DNA of 64,000 nucleotides. Origin: Dimorphilus gyrociliatus (Eukaryota; Animalia; Annelida). Position 1 is the first letter of the stretch, and each line of letters opens with the position of its first letter. The translations under genes and the position numbers were made by a program. The notes under the pieces were generated by a model that worked only from the letters and a program-made list of their open reading frames with translations, had not been told where the DNA came from and made no database searches. Positions 1 through 11,800 of the stretch are shown here, one piece after another. Where the stretch lies: positions 1,991,404 through 2,055,403 of the forward strand of contig CAJFCJ010000007.1 of assembly GCA_904063045.1 (NCBI GenBank), read 5' to 3'.

Positions 1-955
1 GATTGAATAAGGTGATTATAATTAGTAAGGAGGGAGGTACTAGAAGGGGCGGCATACATGAAAGCGTTTAGCAGTAAAATACCGATTTTAAAGTGGAGGA
101 CGTTCGATATCCGTAGCAAACAACTGCGATGAATGGTAGGGAAAGAGAAAACGAACGCGTTTAGCCGGCAGAGATCATTCAATTTGTGCGCAAAAGCGAA
201 GCTCGGAGGCAGCGTCTAGTTGAATTAGAGAGAAATCTGTCGGACGACACTCTTATTAGTATACATTGCAAAGAAAAGAATCTATATATAAGATATATGC
301 GCAAGTACATAAAAGCAAATAATGGTACATTTAAGAACACGGGGTATTTATAGATTGGTTGAGTTAGACATACAAATAGATAGATTGAATGATATAGACA
401 AACTAGAAAGGGAGACAGAAGAGGATTACAACTGGCGTCCATTGCTAGAAAAAACGCCGCTAAATTGGCCTATTGACGGTTTATAGATGCGCGTACTGAC
501 AACGTTAACTATATTCGCCGTATACTAGCGGCGTTTTATCGGACTTGATTGGATGTATCGATATCCAGGGAATTCTAATGCTCGTTCCTCTCTACACGAC
601 TTAGCAAAGCTGTGTTGAAAGCATTAACCAAAGTTGAGAGTATAATTGACGAAACGTAGCTAAAATAATAGCACTACACTGATTATAAAGTCGAGTGTAA
701 ACGACTAGAAGAGTATGTCTTTTCGCATCATCGCCTTTCTCGTATAGATATGAAGAATAAAGAACTTCAATGTTTTCCTTCATATACCTTATCTCGTTTT
801 AAATCTAGTTTCGACACTTTAATATATTTATTAAAAGAAAAGATATAATCGGACTCGCCGCCTACAATCGATTAACGATCCGAAATCCAAACTAAGCCAG
901 CGGCAAATATTCGATCTATAGATATGATAAATAACAAAGCAAAATTCATCAACAG

Positions 956-2059
956 GGCGTTTTTTACAAAGAGATGTTTGTAGCTGGGAAGAATTCCTTC
1001 CAAGATGTGAAAAGGACCATTTAATAATAATTCAACACGCCGAATTTGGCGCTCTTGAATCCGATCCGTGCCATTCAGAGGATAAAAGATTGTCCTCTAG
1101 TAGCTGTGTTTGGGATTTAATCGGTCGACTAGATGAAGCATGCTCCCTAAGAAATTCCTGCCGCTTTAAGCTTCCTCCTTTACCGAGAAAATATACGCTA
1201 AGATGTTCCAATTTTGGATTTCTACGCGTAAAATATGATTGCATACTGCCAACGCCGTCTAAGCAAATATGCGGAGTATTATCACCACGAGGTGGCAAAA
1301 TTATTTTTAATAAGTCTTGTCGAAAACATCTAGCTTGGACTATCACTGCCAAACCTGGACAAAGGATAAACCTTACTTTGCTCGACTTTACACAAAAAAA
1401 ACGCCCATTCTGTTTGCAAATCACTGAAGTCAAAAGAAAACGAAGCGTTTGTTCTAAACTAAAACGTCGGCAAAATTTTTACGAATCTACAAGCAATTCG
1501 CTAATCATCGAACCGTCCACTCAAACTAGTCAGCTTTCTAAATATATGCTCGAATACAGAATAGAGGGCTGTCCTAATATAAAACTTTCTAAAGGCATGT
1601 GGCAGAAGCGAAAAGAGAATCACCTTTATTATGGTTGTTCAAATAATAAAAAATCATGGAAGATTCATTGTAGAAATAATTTTGAATGGTCGGGAATGAT
1701 TCACAATTGTTCTACTAAACCTCTCGCTAGTGAGTAATTATATTAAAATATATTTCAAATGAGTTTCGTTCCAAAATTTTACTTTTTAGCAGGTCACAAG
1801 GCTGAATTTTGGCAAAGCGTTACTTGGGGATATATATCATTACCATATGGTTAGAGGGTATTCTTATAATACGTTTTTTTAATTATGTATTTTACGAGCA
1901 CAGGCATGTGGATTGTAGTCATCCTCACTACTGCCATTATACTCAGTGTTTCCATACTTGTCTGCGGATTAATTCTCATGAAAGCGTACGTTTTTTCTCA
2001 ACTCAAACATTCGAATTAGTGTTAATTAATTAAATAATTTTTCCAGAAAAGTTATTTAG
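956..2059 (+). CDS. SUEL (Gal/Rha-lectin)-CUB-like-sushi-like single-pass membrane protein, paralog 1 (first/signal exon not located)
   Basis: Exon 956-1729 reads DVCSWEEFLPRCEKDHLIIIQHAEFG...C (SUEL-type Cys pattern), then WTITAKPGQRINLTLLDF (CUB-like) and GC...YGC...C..W..C (sushi-like). Further exons give ...SLPYG and a TM segment MWIVVILTTAIILSVSILVCGLILMK, then a tiny last exon (AKVI*, stop 2057-2059). Intron positions and phases match the paralogs at 33-38 kb. Confidence 0.75.
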
Positions 2060-2864
2060 AGTCTGCCTTGTTGCCTTGAACTCTCTTGGGAAGCGTTGTA
2101 ATGTGCATTAATGACTGTAGATAATTTATTGAATAGTGTAAAAAATTTCAAATTTTGAATGACCCTTGCCAAAACAGTTAGAAATCATGCCCTCTTCTGA
2201 GCGATAATATAGTTCTAAACTTAGTATCGTATAATCTTTTACAACTATTGTTATTTTAATGACAGAAGTATGGATTTGTTTTTTCAACACGATTATATTA
2301 TATAGAATGACTCATGAATTGTTACTTGCCTTATGATGCTAGTTTTCCAGAAAACAAATATGGTTATCACTAAACGGCAAATCGAAAATTGCTCCCTCGA
2401 ATTTCGCGCCTATTTTATGAAACACCTTATAGACAAAGAAAGAAAAGTACTCAGTATGATAGAGGCCTACAAATGTTGTTTTCAAAATAGAAGAAAATGG
2501 GTTATGTGAGAGAAAAGTAGTTGTGTATATCATATACCTAAAGTTACTCATTTAATTCTAAAGCCACTTTGAAGTGCTGGAAATGAGGTCACCGAATAAT
2601 TTTTTACCATAGGGGTGGCACGCATCTCGCGCTTTCCCGATAACCCGCTAAGAAAAGATCATTAGAACTCTTATTGATTAAGAAAAAACAATATTAGATA
2701 TTTTCTGTTTTATCAAGTTATTTTACAAAATGTTTGGGCAAAAGTTTTAGAGAATACTAGATAATTAAGCGTGCCCTTTGTTGACCCCGTGGACGGAATA
2801 ATGTATGCCGGGATAGTTCACAAGGTGAAGGTCATTGGCGGCGATGACAATCAGCTGAGAAGCG

Positions 2865-4321
2865 ATGATGAAACGCTGTAGATCGTTTTCAAATGTCAGT
2901 TCTACAATATTTATACCAAAAAAAGTTACTTGGGAAGAAGATAATAATAAAGAAGAAGAAAAATACTCTGCTAGCTACGGTCCGGGGGACGCTTCTTTGT
3001 CTAACACGAATGGCGGCGGTTCTCATCTCGTAGCATTTTTACAAGAATTATTTAGCAAAGTAATTTTTTTTTTCCTATAGTCGAGGAATCAAATTGTATC
3101 ATTCTTATAAATTGTTTAGCAGGATGAAAATGAGGAACAAGTTTTGTCACTCGTTCTAGAAAGCTTATCTAAGACGGTAAATTATAAGATATTTCATAAT
3201 ATATTTGTCTTGCAATTAAGCGACCTAGTAACCGGATAAGTTAGCGAGTAGTTTTAAGAAACAGCTTGTATTTTTTTCAGGACTCAAATAACAAGATAGG
3301 CCTTTTCGCTGAAGAGGTTCTTCGTAATAATCGGTTAACAAACGTCGTTGATGACACACTCTATAACCTGCATTCCTCATATTCCGATGCTTTTATTAAA
3401 AGTCGTGATTTTCTCCTACGCAAAGATGGACCATTACCTTACAAATATAGACATTATATAGCTGTTATTGTGAGTTTGCCATTTCGAATCTTATTTCTTA
3501 TTTATTTAATAACTTTATTTCAGGCAAGTGCAAGACATTATTGTGATTATCTGATTCGACTGCATTCATTCGAATTCGTCTTACAAGATGGTGATATAAA
3601 CTGGTTTTCTGGTATGCAATGTTGTCCACAAAAACTCCGAGATTTAAATGAGCTAAATAAACTAATGGCTCATCGACCTTGGTTGATCGATAAGACGCAC
3701 ATTGAAAAATTGACGAGGGGTCAGAGTAAATGGACACTTTCTGAACTCATGCATGCTGTTGCCTTACTGGCTCATTTTCATTCTCTTTCTTCCTTTGTTC
3801 AAGGTGCTGGTATTTCCATTCGTCGTAAAGGTTTTGTGAGATTAATGGATAAAATTAAAGATATGAAAGATGAGAAAAAGGACTTTACTGAACGAGATAA
3901 GCCTAATATGGCATCAGCCTTTCGTGTTCATGAGTTTTCCTGGGAAGATCAGGGCTTTAGCCTAAGCAATAGGTTATTTACTGACTTAGGAACAATTTTA
4001 GATGACAAGTTTAATGCCGCTCTATCGGATGTTGACGCGTTTCGTCGATCGGTTTGGGATTACGTTCAGTGTTTATTTGGAATAAGACACGATGATTATG
4101 ACTATAGTGAGATGAATGCCCTATTAGAGATGCCATGGAAAAGTTATATAAAAAAAGTGGCTTGTAAACCTGAAGAAGTGGAACAGACGTTTGACCGTTT
4201 TCTTGAGCAATATGATCAAACCGAAAAGATTCGTATAGTATTGACCATAGCAGAGGCTCGTCTACAATCTGAATTATTATATGTCCTTCGAGCTATCACT
4301 CGTTTTATGACTGAAGTATAG
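2865..4321 (+). CDS. SESN: Sestrin
   Basis: In-phase exons 2865-3059, 3123-3176, 3281-3469 and 3524-4321. Motifs: DGPLPYKYRHYIAVI|ASARHYCDYL, PQKLRDLNELNKLMAHRPWLI, AHFHSLSSFV, GIRHDDYDYSEMNALLE, EARLQSELLYVLRAIT. The ORF track reads through a 54-nt stop-free intron (3470-3523). Confidence 0.95.
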
Positions 4322-4485
4322 TTCTGAAAACTATTATGCTTAATTTACTTAAGTCTAAACTGTAATGTTTGTTTTGTTATTTATTATTTTCAAGAATTTT
4401 TACTTTTTTTAAGTCAAATATATTTATTGAATTTTCCGAATAAATCTTAGGTATTTCCGTATATTGCCTTATATTGATATACACT

Positions 4486-4495
4486 GCGCCATCTA
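4486..4495 (-). promoter_or_regulatory. CTCF-like motif TAGATGGCGC upstream of DCAF6
   Basis: Exact match to the insect-type CTCF core as recalled (TAGATGGCGC), about 130 bp before the ATG at 4625. Confidence 0.55.
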
Positions 4496-4520
4496 CACAA
4501 ATATACTACCAATAAAAATA

Positions 4521-4556
4521 TATATATACTGTATATATATATATATATATATATAT
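4521..4556. repeat. (TA)n microsatellite interrupted by CTG
   Basis: tatatatactgtatatatatat... read directly. Confidence 0.9.
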
Positions 4557-4624
4557 TTAGTATGTATACGTTTAGATAATACGAATCTTTAAAAGTGTTA
4601 TGTTAAGTTTTTGGACCAAACATA

Positions 4625-6646
4625 ATGCGGGACAACCTGATAAGTTTGCCAGAAACACTCTTCATTCGTCAATCTCAAGCAAGGAAATCAAATATTCATG
4701 TTCCGCTGTTCGGTAATGCAGAAGCGAAAAAAATTCTATCCTAGTTTCGATCAAAACCTTATTTCGCTTTTTTCTTTAGATTTAGTTGGTAGATTGAAAT
4801 TGGAGAGTACTTTAAATGTGCATCGAGGATGCGTCAATACCCTTAGTTGGAATAAGACTGGCACTCTTATCCTGTCAGGGTCAGATGATCAACACTTAAT
4901 TGTTACTGATCCTTTTTCAGGGAAGATAGTGCAATCCTTAAGAACAGGACACAGAGCAAATATTTTTAGTGCAAAATTTTTGCCTTCATCTAATGATAAC
5001 GAGGCGAGATTTATTTATATTTAACATTGTAACTTATTCATTTCTAATTTACTATTTTTATTCTAATAGGTGGTAAGCTCATCGGCCGATGGGGCTATTT
5101 TTTATAGTCAGTTTGATGTACCAGCATACAACAGAGGATTTCATTGTCATTCAATGCCTGTCTATGAAGTCTCTGTTCTACCCGAAGAAAATCATGTTTT
5201 TTTGTCCTGCAGTGAAGATGGAACTGTAAGACGCTTTGATCTTCAAACAAAAACTGAATGTTCTTGCAACGGTTGCGAAAAGAATATAATCTACAGACAG
5301 GGCAAAGCAATAACAGCTATGGCAGTTAACGAAAATTATCCTTATCAGATAGCTATTGGATGCGTTGACAATTCTGTCTGCTTGTTAGATAGTCGAATGA
5401 TGTGTGGCAAACTGTACGCAAAATTTCAGCTTCCTAGTTCCTCTCCCCAGCATCGTGTAACTTCTTTATCCTTCGACGAAACTGGGAAAAATCTGCTTGC
5501 TAGTTTTTGTGGAGAGGATATTTATCTAATAGACCTGACAAGATCTGAAGACGGTGAATTTGTTTTACCACAAAAACAGACAGAAAAATTGAAAAAAGTC
5601 GTACCTCGAAACATACGTTTAAGAGGTGATTGGACCGATACAGGTCCTCGTGCAATGCCGAGGGGAAGGGCAGATCCAACCAGAGAAAGAACGCGAAGCG
5701 AAGTATTGTTAAACCGAATGACTGATATGTTGACTCGTTGGTATAGTCGTCGAAGAGGAGACGAGCAGGTATCAGAAAATGAACCTACAAACTCTGCATC
5801 AACTTCTTCGTCATCCTCTATGTCATCAGATTCTGATCATGAACCACCCTCTCCCTCACCACCGCCAGCACCTCAGTCTCCGGAAAATGTTTTGTCTGCT
5901 GGACGAGGGACAGCCGTTCGAGAACGTTCAAATGGTAACAACAAAGCCAATTTTAATTCAGTAGCATCATCTAGTGCCGATACTGATAATGAAGACCAAC
6001 AGTTGTTTAAGCCAAAGCTATTGCAAGTTTTTAGAGGACATAGAAATTCAAGGACAATGGTAAAAATATTTTTTTATAAGTTTTTCTATAAATCATTACA
6101 CAGATTGTATAGACATTTCATTTCATTCATTTTAGATAAAGCAATCTAATTTTTGGGGAAAACATCATATTATAAGTGGCAGTGACTGCGGTCATATCTT
6201 TTTCTGGAGAAGAGATTCTGGAAATCTAGTTATGATAATTGAAGCAGATTCAAGAGTAGTCAATTGTGTTCAACCTCATCCTTTCGGTCCAGGTATCTAT
6301 GATTTTCAATAAAGTTGTTCTGCTAATCTAACTGTTATAAAATTATTTCAATCATCTTAAAAGTTTTGGCCGCAAGTGGTATAGATTATTCAATAAAAAT
6401 TATAACACCTACCGCTGAAAAGGATGACTTTGATCCTAGCGTTGCTGAAGAATTAGTAAAGAGAAATGCTGTGTTACTTGAGGAATCTCGCGACACTATC
6501 ACCCTACCGGCTCTCTTCATGCTCCGAATGTTGCGTCATAGTCTAAGCTCTCAAGGTTAGAATAAAAAAATCATAATTCTGATGACTGCCATTAACAAAT
6601 TCTCATTTCAGAGCATGATGACAGAGAGAGTGAGAATGCCGAATAA
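4625..6646 (+). CDS. DCAF6: DDB1- and CUL4-associated factor 6-like WD40 protein
   Basis: [67 protein letters not shown] and [24 protein letters not shown] are all DCAF6 hallmarks. Multi-exon; last exon [11 protein letters not shown] has its stop at 6644-6646. Confidence 0.92.
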
Positions 6647-8612
6647 GTCCTTGATATATTTTTTTGTTAATGCTACACGAATTCTCAGTAGAATATGGAA
6701 ATTTGCAATTCATTATAATTTCAATCAAATAACTGTTTTCCTAAGGATAAACTATATAGAATTAATAAAGCAATGTATTTATTAAAGCTCTAAGACTTAT
6801 TACAGCGCCAGATTTGTTTGATCCACTACCAAAAAGCAATTATTACACCCTTACACATGCTCTTCATCATTCTATTGTCGTTAACAACAAAGAAGTTCAG
6901 GTGGGAGATTGATACATCTGAGAGATAATTAAAAGAAAAGGCGTTTTTTTTCAAAGAAATGCCCACTTTGTATTTGATTAATCGTGAGCTCATAATAGCT
7001 TATTGTTTTCAGAACAAAATCAAGCTAATTCGATAGCAAAGTGAAAAGATTTGAACAAACGGATTTCACAACAAAGAGAACTTTCAAATGTTACATAATT
7101 CTAACAGGGAATTTCACTCTTTCACGGTGAATTCAATGAACACTGCTGTGTACCTCTAGAGAATTTTACATAATTTTCGGTAGATTAAACAAATTAATTT
7201 TCTTTTCACTTTGCAATTAATTGGTAATTTGTAACGTCACACAAAGCGAGCGGCGAATTCGCATTTTGTCATGAACAGAATAGATCATTAATCTAGCTTA
7301 TAAAAAGAAGCTTACTTAGTGATAATATCTTGTAAAACCATTCTTTAGACAAGAAAACACTTGCTCTGGCAAGTGCAGATAATATTACTGAAAATGAGCT
7401 AGCTAGTTTCTTTTTTAATTACATCATACACTTTAATTGTTTGTCGAATTCCCAAGCAATTATAGTATTTTAATTATTTTTCCAACTCTAAATTTTGCTA
7501 ATTGCAATTGTTTTTGAGTGTGACAATTCTAACTTAAAGAAAACTCATCTAGCTACTATAATTAAATATAGACAGGTTTTGAATTAAAACACAAAGTGTA
7601 CTTCAATGAGAATAACAAGTGATAGTATGCTAATGACAGTTGCAGTCATTTGCATAAAAGGTTTTACGATCGAAAGTGTGATATACGATCTTAATTCAAT
7701 TGATTATTATTGTCTAATACAGTTCTTACAAGAGATATTTAATAATGATAAAAATACGAAATAGGTTGTGCATAAGACAGTTATTGAAGTATGTCAGTTT
7801 ATTCCTGTTAACTCCAACAGAGGGAGCTATATATTAGTTTTTTACTCGATTAATTACAAATTTGGTGATTGTATGTTATACAATTATTAATTCTCGTTTA
7901 AACAATCAATTATAAGCATATTTGATAATTGGAAAACGGTGCATAAAACATAATTCATAACAAGTTATTAAAATTTTAAACAAAAATCAATATTTTATTG
8001 TTTAGATGTTTCTATTGCGAAAAAAAGGAAGATATATTAGTTTCGTTTGCTTTTAGATAAGTAATAGCAAGGAAAATATGTGACAAGTCAAAGTAAATGA
8101 AGTCAGCTATCCTCTTCATATTTTGATTAGGTGAGATGGCTGTCACTCTATACCTAATAGATTTTACATAGAAATTTCCGTCCCTTAGAAGAATCTTGGT
8201 ACAATATAACCTCAACCTTTAGTTTTGTTTTCAGAGCATTTATCTTTTGTTGTTTTCTCTACGGGTCTTTGAAGTTTAGAGAAACTTTCATTATCGCCTA
8301 AAAATAATGGAAATTATTCGCGGAGGATTCGGCTATTCCCAAGTGTCACTTCTCTCTTTCAAATGTCTAGATAATATACAAATAAATCACTCCGATTCAG
8401 ATGGATAACCACAGATATGCAGCTGTACCTTTAGAGATTTAGAATAATCAAATGAAGAAATCAGAATACATGATATATATTAATATATTTATATACATAT
8501 CTATTAGATCATTTGATAGAAAGATATTAAATGTTTATTTAATATTGTATTATACATAAATTTTCAACTGAATACAGTTGTAACTAGTACAAAATCATAT
8601 ATACTTTATATA

Positions 8613-8613
<1 letters not shown>

Positions 8614-8644
<31 letters not shown>
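8614..8644. repeat. (TA)n microsatellite
   Basis: About 15 TA units downstream of the Eph stop codon. Confidence 0.9.
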
Positions 8645-8647
<3 letters not shown>

Positions 8648-8885
8648 TAAATATACATATATTAATGTATACTTGAATTATATATTGGCACCGATATAAA
8701 ATGTTTACCCTTATATTATTATGCATAGATGACTAGAAATTGTGTAAATAACATATTTAACAAGCTTTTTTTCTTTCACGACACTCATAAAAGACACATT
8801 AGCTTAAAAACATCACATGCATTTTCTTTTAAATGACCCTGTTTTGAATGATTCATCAAAGAAAGAATGAGAAAAATCAGAATTT

Positions 8886-11800
8886 TTAGACCATAAAAGC
8901 TCCATCTGTTGAGACGTGTGGAAGCGAATGGCAAAGCTGGGCTCTGATTGTCTGCAGGGAACTTAGAAGTTTCCTTTGATGGGCTGCTAACGTAATTCCC
9001 ATAGATTCTAAATGATCCCTAGTTAAATGACTCGCTTGTCGCATGTCCGAAAAACCACTCTTTAAGAATATATCTGTGTAACGCTCTAAATTTAGAATAC
9101 GTAACCATTCGGAAACGGAGCAGTGAGTCCTGATAGGCGGAATGTAACGGTTCGGATCTATATCGATTTTGAAAACTGTTATGCCGTCTGACATGAGTGA
9201 AGGATTTCTCAAAAGGTGATCTAATTCTACAACAATTTCATTGAATCTGGGCCTTTGAGTTCTATCATATAGCCAACATCTTATTATCAGATCGTATAAC
9301 ATTCTAGGACAGTAGTTCATTGTGGGAGGTAATCGGAAATCATCTTCAATAGCTCTAATTACATCCTGATTCGACCAGTTCCAATATGGTCGCTCTCCAT
9401 AAGTTAGTACTTCCCATACGACTACTCCAAATGACCATACATCTGAAGAGGAGGTGAACTTCCGGTAAGCTATAGCTTCTGGTGCAGTCCATCTTACTGG
9501 TATTTTGCCGCCCCGGGTTGTATAATCGCTTCTATCCGTTTCCAATTCCCTTGATAGTCCGAAATCGGCCACTTTACATACTAAATTTTCGTCCACAAGA
9601 ATATTTCTCGCAGCTAAATCCTACAGGAATATGAGGGGGAAATATAATTTTACACTATACAATATATTAACTAAAAAAGAAAACCACCCACCCTATGCAC
9701 ATAGCTCATCTCCATTAAATAACACATTCCGCTCGCAACTCCGCGCATCATGCCGATTAATTGCATTATGTTGAAAGCCCCATCGTTCTTTCGAAGAAAC
9801 TTGTCTAAACTACCATTTCTCATATACTCAGTAACAATCATTATAGGAGAAGACTGAGTGACTACTCCCTCTAAATATATAATATTCGAATCGCTAAACT
9901 GACCCATAATAGACGCTTCAGTTAGAATATCTAGACGTGCCTTTTCATTACTATCTGGCTTAAGTGTTTTAATGGCTACTTCTTTAACAATACCAGATGA
10001 GGGAAATCTTAGTGTTCCCTTACACACATCTCCGAATTCTCCACCACCCACCACTTCTTCAATAGTAATAAAAGAAATGTCGATTTCTTTGGTAAATTGT
10101 TTGACAGCAACGTTTGGATCTTCGTAATCATGTGGATCGACATAAGTTTTTCCACTACTTGGGGCGTTATAAGGTGCTACAGCTGCAAAAATCATTTTTT
10201 TTTATTGTGATGGATTATTCAGAGAAAAAGTGTGCGTGCGAGGTAAAAGATCTATTTTTATACCTTCTTTTTTACCCAAAGTCAAATGGTCAGTTATGGG
10301 AAATGGTATTGCTCCTGCGTAATTTAAAACAATAACGATTTATTCGAGCTTTAAAAAGTATATAATATTTTACCGTTATGGTATTGTAAGGCATCACAAT
10401 CACTGGCCGATTTATCGCCACATCCTGTCTGATTACTGCAATGAAAGAAGATTGTTAGACGGGAGTAAAGAAAGTAAATCGATACAGGAAAAGAGTTTTA
10501 ACTAAATATATAAAATAATGGATAATCGGAAGGCATGTAAGACTACTCTTTTAAGAACTGAAACTTATTCTCAATGAATTTGTCCATTTTGTGCTATCTA
10601 GTAATGTAATATAAGTAAAACATTTGCGCGCTCATTGAGAAGTTTCTTTCAAAGGCTTGTCAAACTTTAAAGGAATAATTGTACGAAATTTAATATGTAT
10701 ATATCTACAGTATAACATACGACAAGAGAATTTTGTTTCTTACCGTCTTAAGAAAATAATTATCATTACAGCCAAGATAATAACGATAAGAACAAAAGCT
10801 ATTGCTGAACCAATAATTATGCCAATTTGTTCATTAGAGCCAAATCTCTCAGGATTGTTGTTTGTTCTCTCAATATCAACAGTTGAAAGTTTACTAGTTC
10901 GAGCAGAGACTGGAGGACTAAATTTGCTTAGAGTGTCCCCAACAACAGCTCTTACTCGGAATATATATTGAGTATCATATAACAAATCAGTAAAGGTGGC
11001 GTTCAAGTTGAAAGCCCTTAACCTTTCTGCCCTCTTCCCGTCAGTTGTGTCATCTCTATATTCGATTTCGTAGAACTGAACGGGCTGAGAATGTTTACCG
11101 ACAGGCTCTTTCCATGTTATGGTAATTTTATTTTCTTTTACTTTCACTTCCACATTGCTTGGAGGATTTAATAATGGCGGTAAAGTCCGGACGGTAATTT
11201 TTGAATATTTAATAGAATCAGCTGCTGATAAAGATGCTTGCAACGACACACCATTTAGGGCAGAAACTACTATTGTATACTTTTGATCTGGTTGTAGATT
11301 TTTTAAAATTGCCCTGTTTGTTCAAATAGTTTAAACATGAAATAAGATCATATTATATAATTTACCATGTTTCCTTTAGATTATCTCGACTAGGTTCGTA
11401 AACTACATCTTTCTCGCAATTGTGACAATCAATTTTGTAATAAAGATCGTTGCGTTTTCCATTATCTTCGGGCGGCAGCCAAGACAACTTAATTTTCCTT
11501 TGATCGGCTTCTACCCTCTGTAACCGACGTGGATTAGATGGTGGTCTGGTACACGGCTTACTGAGGTCATCATTTTCGTGTCTGTAATAGCCGAATACGC
11601 AAGAACAATATTTTCTGCTAGAGTCGTCTAAGGGGGATTGTGAGAAATCTGGGCAGGGCAAGCAAGCCGTATTACCAGTTGAAATTTTGTAGTTTCCACT
11701 ACTGCATTCTGAAAATCAGAGAAAGAGAAAATATATCATAAAAAAACGGATACTTATTTGCTCAGTTAACAGTCTACAGAGTGTGCTAACAACGGAGGTG

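Noticed and set aside
1-900. Short ORFs 179-442 and 601-783 (minus) and candidate signal exons for SUEL paralog 1
   Set aside because: Low-complexity antisense frames. Candidate ATG exons near 488 and 717 end in the wrong phase for the acceptor at 955, so the first exon may lie outside the window.
2350-2510. About 52-codon open frame after an acceptor (KTNMVITKRQ...KWVM*) and overlapping minus ORF 2339-2551
   Set aside because: No in-phase upstream exon and no recognisable similarity.
4527-4545. TACTGTATATAT resembles a bacterial LexA/SOS half-box
   Set aside because: Eukaryotic intron-containing context, and only a half-site embedded in a TA microsatellite.
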